Assembly: GCA_965112735.1 (NCBI GenBank)
Contig: OZ218962.1
Location: forward strand, 1,364,001-1,428,000
Reading direction: 5' to 3'
From: Phaeosaccion multiseriatum
Lineage: Eukaryota; Protista; Ochrophyta, other classes
DNA length: 64,000 nt
Every line of letters begins with the position of its first letter. Position 1 is the first letter of the stretch. Both the position numbers and the translations under genes were made by a program. Positions 17,339 through 30,678 of the stretch are shown piece by piece. Under the pieces are notes generated by a model. It was not told the DNA's origin. It ran no database searches and was given only the letters and a program-made list of their open reading frames with translations.

Positions 17339-20300
17339 CCATAAGAGTAGTCTGACTCTGGCCCGGCCCTGAGGAGGGTGATGAGCAGCGGAGGGGGGAG
17401 GGTCTGATGTGAGACAGGGCAGGCCAGCATGCGCAGTGTAGAGGGACTGCGCTGTTGTGGATCACATTGCATCACATCCCAAGCCGGTCCGTAGGTGCAG
17501 TCATCTTCGCTCTGCTTGTGTCGGGTCTGGTCTTTCCTTCCTTCCTTCCTTCCTTACCTCCTGCCTGGCGAGAAGCGGCGGGACCCGTGTAGAGGAGAGC
17601 ACGCTTGCTCTGTTCCGTGTCGTCACATGGACAGTGGAGTGCGGGCATCATCAGTAGGGAGCAGAGAGCAGGGAGAAGGGAAGAAAGAGTGTCAGGGTCA
17701 AGGTGTGCCCACAGGGTAAAATCTTAAAAGGCACACAAAGGGCCTCCCTCCTTCCTTCCCTCCCTCCCTTCCTCCCTCCTCCTCTCTCTCTCCCTTCCTC
17801 TCTCTTCCTCCCTGCCTTCCTCGCTCCCCCCCTCTCTCTCCCTCTCTTTCCCTTCCTCCCTCCCTCGCTCCCTCTCTCCCTCCATCCCTCCGTCCGTCCC
17901 TCCCTGTACGACCAGGGGGGCGGTCACCGCGGCTGCCTCTCCATCACCCCCATACCTAACGCAAGCAAGCAAGCAAGCGTACCTCTGCATTGCCTTGCAT
18001 CAGATTGAGGAGTGGTTGGAGCAGCCCCTGCAACAGACCATCGTCTCCGTTGGACTGCTCACGAGACAGAGCGATGGGCCACAGTCGCCACAGCAGCTGA
18101 GGGACCTCCAAAGCAACCACCTTCGCAACGGCAGGGGGGAGGGAGGGAGGGAGGGACGGATGGTGGGAGGGAGAGGCATAGAGGGGGGGGCGGGAGGAGG
18201 CGCATGGAGAGAAGAGAGAGGGAGAGTGTGAGAGAGAGGGAGGGAGAGGGAGAGAGAGATAGACAACAGGCACGGTACAGCGCAGAGCGGAGGGCGGAGG
18301 AAGGAAGATCAGTCAGCGACACATCATCACTGAAGTAGAGCAGCAGCAGCGCAGCAGTAGCAGCAGTAGCAGTAGCAACAGCAGTAGCAGTTGGTGATAC
18401 AGCAGCAGCAGCAGCAGATTGACCGATGCCTCTTCCTTGAGAATCGAAAGTCAAAATAGAGAGTCTCACCTGAGCCTGTCCCTCTGGGCACGAGAGCAGC
18501 ACACTGGCGAGCAGCGACAAGGTCTGCCCACAGAGGGCGGCAGTGTCAGAGTCAGTGCCAGTGTCATGACCGCTGCCCCTACGCACTCCGCCCGCCGCCT
18601 TCAGAGACAAGCTGCTGCTGTCCGCGATACTGTCCGCGACGCTGCTGCTGCTGCTGCTGATAGCGCTGCTGCTGGCAACTCCAACAGTGCTGGCAGTGGC
18701 TCCAAGGGCTGTGGAGGATGAAAACATGAATGACAGGGAAGGCCAGGGGAGGAGCAGGGAACGGAAAAGGGAAAACGTGGGGTGAGGCTTTGGAAGTTTG
18801 GCGGGCAGCGAGCGATGAGTGTACCTACTGATACGCTTGCGTCGCTTTCCTTTGCGCGTGCGTGCGTGTGCTTACCTCCGTCAGCACCCACGCCCATGTC
18901 CATGCCTGCCGCCCCGTCCTCGGTCAGAGGCAGGCTCCGGGCTGGACTTCCCTTGACGCAGTGACTCAGCGGCAGTCTGTGGCGACTCAACCTGGTACCG
19001 TTGCCATAGCCCTTGGCCTTGGCCTTGGTCTTGGTGTTGGTGTTGGTGTTGCTGGGTCCGCTACTGCTGCTGCTGTTGCTGTTGTTGTTGCGTGCCTCCC
19101 TCTGTGCCTCGAGCGTGAACATACCGATGAGCCGGACGAGGTGCTGAGCTATGCAGGGCACAACACCTTCAGAGAAGGGAAGACAAGAAAAGGGGGTGGC
19201 GTGTGTGAGTGTGAGTTAGTGTGCACGTATGTGTGAGTTTGGGTGTATGCGGGCGGGTGGGGGTGGGTGCGTGCGCGCGGGCGTGTGTAAGTATGTCAAG
19301 GGCCGGCGAGAAAGAGCCAACCAACTCGGTGGCGAAAGAAGAAATCCCCCCCCAATCAAAGCACTGAAAGTCCATTGACAAGATCAGACCCACACCTGCA
19401 CTCAAACCAGAGGCATCTCTCAACCCACAAGTTCCGTGCTGTAACTGTAACTGTAACTGTAACTGTAAATGTAACTGTAGCTGTAACTCTACCTGCGTCC
19501 AGAGCTTCCCGTTGGAGCGTCGGACTCCGTTCAAGCAGCGCGCACAGCAAGCGCACCCGCCCCGACCCCTCCTGCGAATGGATGCGTTGGCTGCTCCTCT
19601 GGCCCGTCCTCTGGTCTGCCCTTTGGTTCAGGTGCAGGCTGCCATACAAGCCTGTCAGGCGTCGCACCACCCCTCTTGCGGCGGGCGAGGCCAGGTCCAG
19701 CCTCACCCTCCTGCGAGGGATGGCAAGGAGGGTAAGCAGCAGCTGCTGAGCATGTGCGTACAATGCGCAGAGGGAGGTGTCGTCATTGTCGTTGGGCACC
19801 GCCCCTCCCTCCCCCCCCGCCCCTGCTCCTGCTTGTCGTGCTCGTCCTCCTTGCCGACGCTCACTGCCCCTGTCACCATCCCCATCAGCTGCCATCGTCC
19901 CACTTGGCGGGCCGCACGAGAGCATGAGACGATGCACCACGTCCAGGAGGGCGTTAGGCACTGTGGAGGCATCCGCCAGTAAGTCAGTAGCCCAGACTCT
20001 GCCCCCCCCTGCCTGCCACTGTCTGCTGCCATCGCTCCCCTCTCCGCTCGTGGCGTCCCACTCAAGCAGCTGAGAGAGAGCGGCACACGCGTGACACGCA
20101 AAAGCCCGCTCAAAGGGAGACAGACAAGAGCCACTTGCTGCTGTAGCACCTACTGCTGCTGCTGTATCACCATCTCTTCCTGACGGGAGGAGCCCTTTCG
20201 TGTACCGCACCAGGCCCCTCACGAGAGCAGTCAGCACGGGTGTGTGCTGCAACAGGCCCGCCCGGGCCTCTGGTGTCTGTGCCAGCACCACTCGGAGGAA

Positions 20301-23300
20301 CAGCAGCGCTTGCAGCTGGGTATGCTTCACCTCTGAGCCTTGCAAAGTTTGCAGCCGGGCGGATGCGATGGTGTTCCAGCCCTCGCTTGCCTCCTCGCTG
20401 CTAGGAAGAGCAAGAGCTGCCGTCATGCCAGCACTGTGGCGAGACGCGCTCTGCAGGAGACCGTGTACTCGGTCGCTGTCTAGCAGCTTCACGCAGCAAG
20501 ACAGGCAGCTCCTCATGTCCGACTGCTGCTGCTGCTGCATCACCAACAGCTGCTGACGATGCTCGTCGTCACCATCGTCCTCCTCCAAGGCATCATCATC
20601 ATCATCCGTCTTGTGAGCTTGCACCGCAGCTTCTCGCAAGGCCTGCAAGGTGCAGCCGAACAACGGCAAACAGAGCTCCTGCTCCTGTCCAAACCATTCT
20701 ACCCCCTGCACCCCGTCTCCATCCTCTTGCCTCTCCTCACCAGCAGACAGACTGGCGGCCATTCGCCTGCCTAGGGTGACTCCCAACTTCGCCAGACTCC
20801 AACTTGTCGCCGCCCCGACTCCTCCTCCCTCCATCCGCGCCTTCCCCCCATCTTCGAATAGAGACCGAGACCGAGTCAGAGGCAGAGACACAGGTCCATC
20901 AGAAGGTCCGCCATGACGATCGCGTTCTAGCTTGTCGAGCTTGTGTAGCGTGAGGATAAAGCGCAGAGCGGAGCAGTGCACGGTGTGGGCCTCGCAAGGG
21001 TCCGTTGCGCAGCGGATGGCGGCCGATAGGGCTCCTGTGGGGCCCACGGCGTGTGCAAGCTGAGCGACGGAGGGAGGAAGAGGAGGAGGAGGAGGAGGAG
21101 GAGGAGGAGAAGATGGAGAAGAAGAAGGAGGAGGAGGAGGGGGAGGAGGAGGAGGAGGAGGAGGAGGAGGAGGAGGAGGAGGAGGAGGAGGAGGAGGGGG
21201 AGGAGGAGGAGGAGGAGGAGGAGGAGGAGGAGGAGGAGGAGGAGGAGGAGGAGGAGGAGGAGGAGGAGGAGGAGGAGGAGGAGGAGGAGGAGGAGGAGGA
21301 GGAGGAGGAGGAGGAGGAGGAGGAGGAGGAGGAGGAGGAGGAGGAGGAGGAGGAGGAGGAGAAGGAGGAGGAGGAGGAGGAGGAGGAGGAGGAGGAGGAG
21401 GACAAGGAAAAGCTCGTCAAAACCGAAGGAAGGCAGGGGGGAAGGCGTTTCCATGGCAATGGGTCGGTCGCTTCATGCGCTACTCTGCTCATACTCATCA
21501 GGGGGGCTTCACTCACTACTCACTGTCCTGACACTCATACTCACAACATGCACTACTTTACTCGCACGTATAGACCTGACACTTACCCCTCACTACTCAA
21601 TCCTCACTACTCACTGTCCTGACACTCTTTACTCACTCCTCACTACTCACCAGGGCTTCTCTACTGGCTTTGATGCGTGCGAGCTCCGCAGCAGCCGCCA
21701 AGGCCAAGCCTCGCACGGACGCCTCGCGATCGCAGAGCAGGCGACCGATCCAGGACAGTTCTGCGAAGGCGCTCTCGTCGGTCAGCACGCTGTCATCACA
21801 CCATACTAGCAGCGAGTGCAGACACAGCAGCGCGGCTTTGGTCCAGCCTTTGCGCCGCCACGAGTCAGGCACGCGGTGTCTGTCGAAGCAAAAGGAGACC
21901 AAATGAGACCAAAGGAGACCAAGGGAGACCAAAGGAGACCAAGGGAGACCAAAGGAGACCAAGAGAGACAAAGGCCGGAGGGCAGGAGAGGATGAGAGCA
22001 TGAGAGGAGGGACGGCAGTGGATGGCAACGAAGGAGAGGACATTGTGGGCGGTGTCTGCGCCTTCCCTTCGCCGTATTGTACTCACAGAGACATGGCTCT
22101 CATGCAGGCCCCCACGGCAGGGACGAGCAGGTTGCGCCCTGCCGGTGCCCAAGTAGAAGAAGATGCCCCCTCGCCCCCCGTCCCCTTGGCGAGAAGGCGC
22201 AGGAAGGGTGTCTTGCCAACATCCGCAAAGAGACAGAGCAGCTCCGTGGCGAGGCAGCGGCAGCGATAGCGCTCCAAAGCGTCCTGCGTGGCCGCCCCTG
22301 TATCACCAACTGCCCCATCATAGAAGGGGTCCGCGTTGCTCCGGCGGCTCTGCCCTGATGATGGCGTAGAATCAGCAGCCGCGAGGAGGAGGTCGCGGCT
22401 GCTTCCCATGCAGAGGTAGTCATACACGAGCACCGCCGGTAAGCCCGCTTGCAGCGCGGCGAGGAGCACCGTAGAGGTATACGAGCCCCCGCACCGGCAC
22501 AGCCTAAGCAGCAGCTGGAGAATGCCACGCCGCAATTGCCACAAGCCACAAGGAGGAAGAGAAGATCCGAACCCCCTCCCCTCGGACCGCCGCTGCTGGT
22601 CTTGGGGAGCACCCGACGTCCACACAGGGGAAGCTTCCGAGCACGACAGCACGTGCACAAAGCAGGTGCTCAGCCCTCCTCCGGCCAGAGACACCACATC
22701 GGCTCTAGTGAGCGCAGGCACGAGGTTGCCTATGAAGACGACCGTCAAGAGCAACACGCGGCGGTCTTTGGGAGTGGAGGGAGGCCGCCTGAGAGGGGAG
22801 GGGAGAGGAGAAGAGAGGACAGGAAGGAGAGGGCCAATCAATCTCTGGCCTTACCTCGCCAGTCGCGGGGGGGACTTACGTGAGGAAGCGCTGGAAGGGC
22901 TCTCGCCACCCTGTGTGGCTGACAAATGCACTCTGTAGGGGGGGGGAGAGGACCAAGTAAGGATGGAGCGTAAAGGAGCAAAAGAGATGGGGGACAGAGC
23001 AAACACATGCCATCAACGTCAAAGGGTTGGTTACCAATGGTTACCTCTCTTGCTGACCACCAGGACAAAGTCTCATGGTCCGTCAGGCCTCCCCCCCCCC
23101 TTACCTTGTGACAAGGGTCCGTAAGGAGCCACAAGCTGGCCTGATGAAGAGAGGCGGCGAACGCCGAGTGGCTCTTCGACTTGGACAGAGCTGCGAGCAG
23201 TCGCGACACGCTGTCAACCGTACTCTCTGGCAGGGCAGCAGCAGTTGGTGATACTGCAACAGAGCTCTGCCTCGGCCTCTTGCGCCCCCGTTTCTCTCTC

Positions 23301-23589
23301 TCCCTCGCCAGGACCGCCCCCCATGCCGCTCTGACGGACGCTCCTTCCTCCTCCTCAGGCCCGTAGGGAGGAGCTCTCGCCCCGCTCTTTCTGGTTTCCG
23401 CCTCCTCATCATCACGCTCCCCCACCTCAAGCACGAGAACAGAGGGCACGACCACGCCTGTGGTGGTCGAGGTCGGACCACTGCCGCCAACGGTACAATG
23501 CGGCGGGCGCTGCTTGCTTTGACCCGCACTGCCCCTCTCGAGCTGCTCCTCCTTCCCATATGCTGACATTGAGCTGGCCACTCCTGAAA

Positions 23590-23665
<76 letters not shown>

Positions 23666-26600
23666 CGACGACGCCACTGCAGATGTGTCCTCAACCTCCG
23701 CGAAGCAAGGCCGGAAGGACTTGTACACAACGGAAGGGATAACGAGGCACTCCTCCGTGCGGTGTGCCACAGCCAACGCCCTCTGCGAGTACGAGTAGGA
23801 GGACTCCGACTCGGGGTACTCTCTTACCCTTTGAGTGGAGCGAGTGGGGCCGTCGTCCAACAGCCACGCGTCCACATGCAGAGCAAGGAAGCTCACCACG
23901 CCGGCCATGAGCTTTCTCACGTCTGTACGCACGTGATACACAAAGCGGAGAAGCGGTAGCACAGAGAAGGACTCCTGCTGCTGCTCCTGCCCCTCCTGCC
24001 CCTGTGGCGGGGATGGGGGGTCCAATGTGAGCATGTTGCGTACGGGAGCAAGCTTCCACACCATGGCCCACAAGAGACGCATGTGGGAGTGCTGATTGGT
24101 GCACAGCGGGTCGGCCAGCAGCTTCCACACAGCTGCCAGCAGATCGCGGCACGTCTGCTGGTGGTGCAGCCCCTCCTCCTGACCCCTCTCCCGGCCCCTT
24201 CTGACCTCGCCCTTGCCGCCCCTGTTGGTCTTCTCGCCCTTGCTCTGGCCCTCCTGCAAAGGAGGTGAGAGCAGCAGGGCACAGAGCTGATCTGAGGCCG
24301 TGGCTCGAAGGCGGTCCTCGTCCTCGAAGGGGCCGGACTGAAGCACACGGAGCAGGTTTCGCATGTGCCCCCCCTCGAGGCTCGACACGCGCGCACCCAC
24401 ACCTCCTCCTCCTCCCGCGGCTGCTGACGGTGGTGGCGAGAGGAGCGGTGTGGGCTGCGGCGGGGGTGCGGGTTGGAAGAATGGGTCCTCCACCCACTCA
24501 AACGCGGCGTGTGCGGGGGACGGGAGGCTGTCCAGATCGTAGCAAGCGACTCGGTCCCCTCCGTCTCCTGCGTGTCCAGATAGCGCCGCTGCTTGGGCCC
24601 GGGCCTGACCTTGGCGGGCCGTGAGGTGACTGGCGAGGGTGCGAGACGACAGCGCTCGGACCGCCGGAGACCTGAGTAGCAAAGCAGAGCAGGAGCAGCA
24701 GCAATGGGAGGAGGAGGCGGAGGAGGAGGAGGAGGAGGAGGACGAGGAGGAGGAGGAGGAGGAGGAAGGAGGAGGGGGGGGGGGGGGAGAGGGGGGCGGG
24801 GAAGAAGGAGGCAAGTGACTCACTAGGGTTTACCAAGAGGCGCGCGCTCGCCAGCACAAATGCCAGCAAGTGTGTGCAAGTAAAGTGAAGTTGTACAAGG
24901 GTGGTGTGGGGTGAGCGCCGCTCGTGTGCACATACACTCCACATACGCCCATCACTCACAGATGCAGTAAACCGCGGAGGCAGCCCCTGAGGCGTTCATC
25001 AATGGGCCCGCTGCGCACGAGCACATCCAGTGCCATCTGTACGTTCTCCCCACCCCCCTCCAGCAGTTCCAGCAGCGGCACCATGGGCAGCAGAGCTCGC
25101 AGTAGCTGCTGGTGCCCGCTGAGAAGACACCCCTGAACCCCTCCCTGCTCCTGTCTCTGTCTCTGTCCCTGCCCCTGCCCCTGCCCCTGCCTGGGCGTGG
25201 GAGGCTCGGGCTGTTCCTCCTGGGACGCCAAGAATAGCCCGCAACAGTGTTGGATGACAAGGAGCGCGGCTCCCCTGAGCTCTGCAGTAGTAGAGGAGGA
25301 GGAGGAGGAGGAGGAGGAGGAGGAGGAGGAGGAGGAGGAGGAGGAGGAGGAGGAGGAGGAGGAGGAGGAGGAGGAGGGCAAGCCTTCTGCTGCCCCCTCC
25401 CTCGCTTCCAGCGCAGACCATGTCGGCACCTCTGCTGCTGCTGCTGCTGCTGCACCTGCTGCTGCTTCCCCTTGGGGAGATGGGTCGCGCCATTTCCGTT
25501 GGAGGGACTCCGTCAAGAGGATGTAAAGCACCCTGTTGACCCGCGGGATGTCGAGCTGCTCTTGCTCTCCCCTTCGCTCAGTCTGGCGCGGGAGTGGCGT
25601 CGGCAACACCAGCCCCTTGGCAAGGAGTGCACGCCGCTGCATCAGGGTGGGGTGCAGCAAAGAGCCGTGACACGAATGCGACAACGTGGTGGGGAAGAAG
25701 AGAGGCCCCATCTGCTGACACATGTGCTCCGCCGCGGGTAATTCCCTCCCCCTTCCCTCCACCACCAGCGCGAGCATGGAGTGCGTGCTCGCGGCGAGGC
25801 CAAGCTGCGGCGACGTGAGAAGCTGCACAAGAAGCCTCTCCGCCCTCTCTGCCCAGCCCAGCAGGAGGAGGGCCCAGTCGCCCAACAACGCCGTGTCCGT
25901 ATCATCCATGTCGGTGGTGGGGGTGGTGAGTTTCGTGTGGGCCCACAGCAGCACGGTGGCGGCGACAAGGCGAGGCTCGAGCACGTGGTGCAACAGCTCG
26001 TGCGATTGCTCTTGCCTCTCCAGCAACGCCTCCACAGCCGAGGCCCTGCGCTTGCCCTGGCCCTCACTCGATGAGGTGTCGTCTACGAAGAACGATGCCG
26101 ATCGCTCCTCCGAGACGGCCCCCGGCACTGGCCCTGGTGCTCCCGAGTCTGTCGAGCAGTGCTGCTGGATTCCCGTAAGGACCCCCTCCCCAGCAGCAGC
26201 AGTAGGCGAGGGCAGTGCCTGCTGACGCGCTACCTCCACAACGTCGCGTATCCGCTCCAGCTGCCTCACCGGGCCCGGCTCCAGATGCCTGAGGAGCGAC
26301 AAAAGCGTCAAATGGCCCTCACCCTCGACCTCTTCGTTCGCCTCAGCCTCCAGATGGGTAGAATCAGAGTCCTCCGCTGCTGCATCTCCATTTGTTCCTT
26401 CCTCGCTTCTATCCCCCACTATGGTCTGCCTCGGGGAAGAGGGAGAGGGTGCAAGCAGCCACGTGCGCCGAAGCCGCCGAAGCAGCAACTGCACAACACA
26501 GGCCGGCACGCCGAACTTTAAAGAGCCTTGGCTCGCTTGGTCTTCGGTGGCTCTTCGCTGGTCCTCCTCCAAGCAGAGCTGAGCCAAGGGCACTCGCCGC

Positions 26601-29600
26601 AGAACCTCCACACACAACCTTTCCACAATTGCCACGCGCTCTCTGTCTCCTCCTCCTCCTCCTCCCCCTCCCCCTCCTCCTCCTCCTCCTCCTCCTCCTC
26701 CTCCTCCTCCTCCTCCTCCTCCTCCTCCTCCTCCTCCTCCTCCTCCTTTTCCCCCTGCCTCCTCGTGCACCTCCTTTCCCGTGCTTGGATCCGATGCCCC
26801 GGCGGCCAGGGGGCCTAACCTGGCCACATACTCTCTGTACCGCACAGTGTCAAGCGCGCTAAACGCATCCTCCATCCCGTTCGTACCTCTGCTGCTGCAT
26901 GTGCTGCTGCTTGTCCGCACTGGCTCGCGGAGATAGGGCAGGAGGGCACTGACCAGGGAAGCTGCACGGAGTACAATGCGTGGGGGGGGCAGTGCCGACG
27001 AGCTCACGGGCCGTAGCAGAGGCACTACCGCACACAGGATGGAGAAGAGGGAGCCGCACAGAGAGAGCTGCGCGGGAAAGAGGGACACCTGACAATGGAG
27101 GGGTCGTGGCGAGTCACTTGCCGCTGCCGCTGCCGCGGGCCCAAGGGAAGAAGCGGGGCCCACGCCCATACCGGCGGCTTGGGGGTATCGGAAGGAGTAC
27201 AGGCTGGGAGCGGCGCTGGCAGGAGGGGCAGTTACCGCAGCCAAGCCGCCCCCGACTCGCCCCCCGGGTCGCCCCCCGGGGTGGTCTGTGCGAGGAGCCA
27301 CAACAGCAGTGGGGTCGCAGTGGGCAGCCACGCTGGACAGAAGACGCCCCACGAGAGCCGACACCTGAGGAGGGGAGGACGTCATCACAGCAGGGCAGTG
27401 AGGGAGTGGCAGTGAGCGAGTGGCATGCCACGAAAGCAGGCCTCTGACCTCTCCACCTCCGCCCCCGCACGCTTCCTCTGCACTCCTCTTCGCTCCTCCT
27501 CTTCATCCCTCTTCCCCTGCCTCCTCCTCCCTCCTCTGCGCCCCTCCTCTTCACCCCTCTTTCCTCCTCTTCCCTCCTCTCTGCTCTATCCTCCCTCCTC
27601 CCTTACCGTGGTCAGGGCCTCCTCCAGTAGAGCCTCCGCCTGCCCGCCGCTGCTCCTCCCCCAGGGGGTGCGCAGAATCGTCAGCAAGCGGCCCAGCAGG
27701 CCGGAGCGCTGCAAAAATACCTCCGCAGGGTAGTCCTTACAAGCGCAGCACGTATTACGAGGAGGGTAGGAAGGGAAGGGAAGAGGGCAGAGGGTGCACA
27801 ATTTGAGTAGGTTAGGGTGGGGTAGGAAGGGAAAGGGAAGAGGGCACACCCTCCACAATCGGAGTTGCGTGAGGGATGAAGGGTCGCCCAGAAGCAGCAC
27901 GGGGGCGCTAATGATCATGACGAGTGGAGGACTGAGCACACAAGGCCTGTCTGCCTGCATGTCTGCGGGTGTGGTGTGACGTGTAACCGACATGTAGCCG
28001 CACCTGAAGTAGACCGTCCTTGAGCCTCCTGCAGCATTGTCCGAGGGCGGCGAGGTCGCTGGTGGATCGGAAGGCCACTTCGAGCTCGAACAGAGCGGCT
28101 TCGTCGGACTTGATGAGCACCACGGGGGGGAAGCTCCAGCCTCCGCTCAGCGCCGCACGCAAGCTGTCCGCGCTGAAGGAGGCACTGGCCTGCGGTGTTG
28201 GAACACCCGCCAAGGAGGAGGGTGAAGTGGGTAGGTGGGTGGGTGGGTGGGTGGGGGTGGGCAGAACGGTGCACAAGGGCGGTGGGTCGGACTGCGGTAT
28301 TAACGAGACCTCCGTTTCGATACTCCGAGAGAGAGAGAGCTTGAGGCTGGCCTTTGAGGGAGGGCACGGCAGCGCCTACATTGAAGCAGCCTCGGCTCCT
28401 ATGCTGCTCTTCCACGAAGTTCGCTCGTCGTGCTTTCAAGTAGTGTGCCGAACCACCCTGCTGCTCGTCTCTCTCACACAGTCTCTCTCCCCAAAGTCTC
28501 AAGAACTTACGATTGTGTTTCCATCGACGAATTCTCTCGTCCACGACGGATATGTTGACGCCTCCCCCACAAGCGCTGACGAAGGCCCAGACCGTGGAGG
28601 GAGGACAAGAGGGAGAAGAAGCACGAGGGGGGGCGGAGGGGAGACAGTCAAGAACACTTTCCACAGCTTCGAGCGAAATGCTTTGCACTTGTGAGTGAGG
28701 GGTTGGGGTAATTTCGATCACGGAGGAGCCCAGCCGCCCCCCGCCCAGGAGGAGCAGGACCAACGGGTCCACACACTCACCATTTCGCGGGTCCATGAGA
28801 GTATGCCCGCCACCACCACCGCTGCTGCTGCTGCCGTCGTCTCGTGCAGAAAGGCTTGAGGATCTATCCGGATTGCCCAGGGTAGACAGACGCACGCCCT
28901 GCGCACTGTGCAGGCTTGCCGCCGTTGCTGCTGCCCTCCTTTCTGCTGCTGCGAGGGGAAGAGGCGCTCCTGCTGTGTCGTGAGCGTTTGCTGCATCTCT
29001 CGAGTCAACACAGTCACCGCGCTCGTCCCCTCCCTGGGTAAAGCCATGGATAAGGTCCTGGACTTCAGCCGCGGTGAATGGGGGTGCAGAGGGGGCGGCG
29101 GTGCCGTCTTTGGGAAGCGCCAACCCTTGTTCCCCGTCTTGGGGTGGAGTCAGGGTGCCAATGACTCGCACAACTCCCGCGCGGAGCAGGGCTGCCCTCA
29201 GGGGGGCCTTGCAAGACAGAGCGCGACAGAGGTGGAGCCCCTCGGCAACGTCCTGTCCGCTGAGCCGGAGGAGCGCCACCACTCCCGTGGCGATATCCTC
29301 TGCGCCTCTGCGTCGTGGGGGGAGGCAAAGGGCGACAGGCAAAGGACGAGAGAAGGGACTCTCAGGAAGGAGTTATCACAGGGCAAGGTAAGCTGACACG
29401 GGAAGTTGGTGCAGGCATACAAGCACGAGATCTGCTCCAAGCACCAGTCACAACGTGTACCCACCTGAAGTCCGCTCCTTCGAAGAGCAAGCCTGCGCTG
29501 AGCTTGGACCGCAGATTTCTCGCCGCTCTTACTCGCACCTGAAAAGAGAATCCCATCACCAGTGTGGAGTAGAGGGGTGAGAAGGATGGGGCTAGCACAG

Positions 29601-29803
29601 GAATAGCAAACCTACAGACAAGGCAGTTGGAATTCAACAACGTTCAAAGCGTAGAGGGAAGAGCAGCAGCCGTCGATGAGCTGGATTAAATTCACGCGTC
29701 GTATACGCCCCCTCACCTCAGGCTCCGGATGCTCCAGCTTGGAGGCAAGCTCCGCCACTCGTCTGCACATGCTGCTGCTGGTGTGACCGATTGAGGCCTC
29801 CAT
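14051..29803 (-). CDS. RTTN: Rotatin (centriole/basal-body ARM-repeat protein), multi-exon
   Basis: N-terminus [11 protein letters not shown]|[13 protein letters not shown] (intron 29539-29716) matches the rotatin N-terminal motif. Hallmark LQ|[10 protein letters not shown] near 27706-27735. C-terminal [15 protein letters not shown] resembles the rotatin AAAALWALIYNYQK block. Large exons at about 24958-27365, 23106-24670, 22098-22850 and 19493-21059. Not every internal junction was verified. Confidence 0.82.
14771..15067. repeat. (GGA/TCC)n tract ~300 bp abutting a rotatin 3' splice site
   Basis: Nearly pure GGA repeats; the minus-strand acceptor CAG is at 14762-14764. Confidence 0.95.
15268..15981. 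repeat. 11-bp minisatellite (~65 units, ACAGAACAGCT and variants) in rotatin intron 14762-15999
   Basis: Units ACAGAACAGCT / ACAGAGCAGCT / CCAGAACAGCT / ATAGAGCAGCT in tandem. Confidence 0.95.
21073..21401. repeat. (GGA/TCC)n tract ~330 bp next to a rotatin acceptor (21060-21062)
   Basis: Directly visible. The poly-E/R/L/S ORFs here are artefacts of the repeat. Confidence 0.95.
21891..21970. repeat. 10-bp tandem repeat (AAAGGAGACC, ~8 copies) in a rotatin intron
   Basis: Directly visible. Confidence 0.9.
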
Positions 29804-30678
29804 CGTCTTTTTTATAAAGGTTATGAATTGCCAGCACTCGAATCTCCTGTATCCTACCACTCTCCCCTATAACACTGTTAATCCCGCCATGTCATAAGTG
29901 GATGAAGGGGCTTAGGAGAAGGAGCAGTCGCCTTGGTTTTGCACAAGCCTTCCGGGAATGGGAAGGGAAATTCAAATCGACGCAGGAAAGATTGGGCACC
30001 CCCCCCCCCCCCAACATTTCCCAGAGAGTTTCCTTTTTTTTTTCTTTTTTTTTTCTTTGTTTTCTTTTCTTCTACTTCTACAATGCTACCTGCTGCCGCC
30101 AGCGTGAGCCGGCCTGACTCCTACTCTTGCAGTGGGCGAGATGTGGTCATGCTGTCATATGGGCAAGGCTGCAATCGACTGCAAGGTGTCTACCGCACTT
30201 TCGCATAGGTCTCGATAGGTCAGGGCTCCACAAAGAGCGGGGGCGGCGCCCCCTCCTTGTCTGAAACCTGAAAGCCTTAGCGTTTTATCGTTGTTTAATG
30301 TTATCTTACATACATTTTGGTTATAGTTGGATACTCTATAAACTCAAGGCGGCGTCCTTCTCTTGCGTCACCGTCCAGGGTAAATATATATACCCATCGA
30401 CTCGATGGTGATGGATGATGTGTGTCTGATGTGGTGATATGGTGCCCCAAACAGCGCAGTTCGGAGCATGGGTTTGGTGCGTGAGAAGAGTTCCAAGACG
30501 TCTACCCTCTGCGGGTTTCCGTTCCGTCTACTCCTCACAGTTCCTCTCTGTGACACGCTTCCTGCGTCGTTGCACCTCGTCGGTGCCCAGCTAACGTTGG
30601 TCGAGAGAGCTCGAGGGAATGAGAGCCAATGCGAAGCTGCGCGGTGTGCAGCATGGCTGTCTGTCTCTATCTAGTCAT

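Noticed and set aside
20899-21809. Poly-E, poly-R, poly-L and poly-S ORFs (also 14521-15180)
   Set aside because: Stop-free by-products of (GGA)n intronic tracts.
28020-28694. 224-aa plus-strand ORF inside rotatin, considered as a nested gene or TE
   Set aside because: No domain recognised, and the region is explained by rotatin exons ~28593-28689 and 28004-28189 with in-phase junctions.
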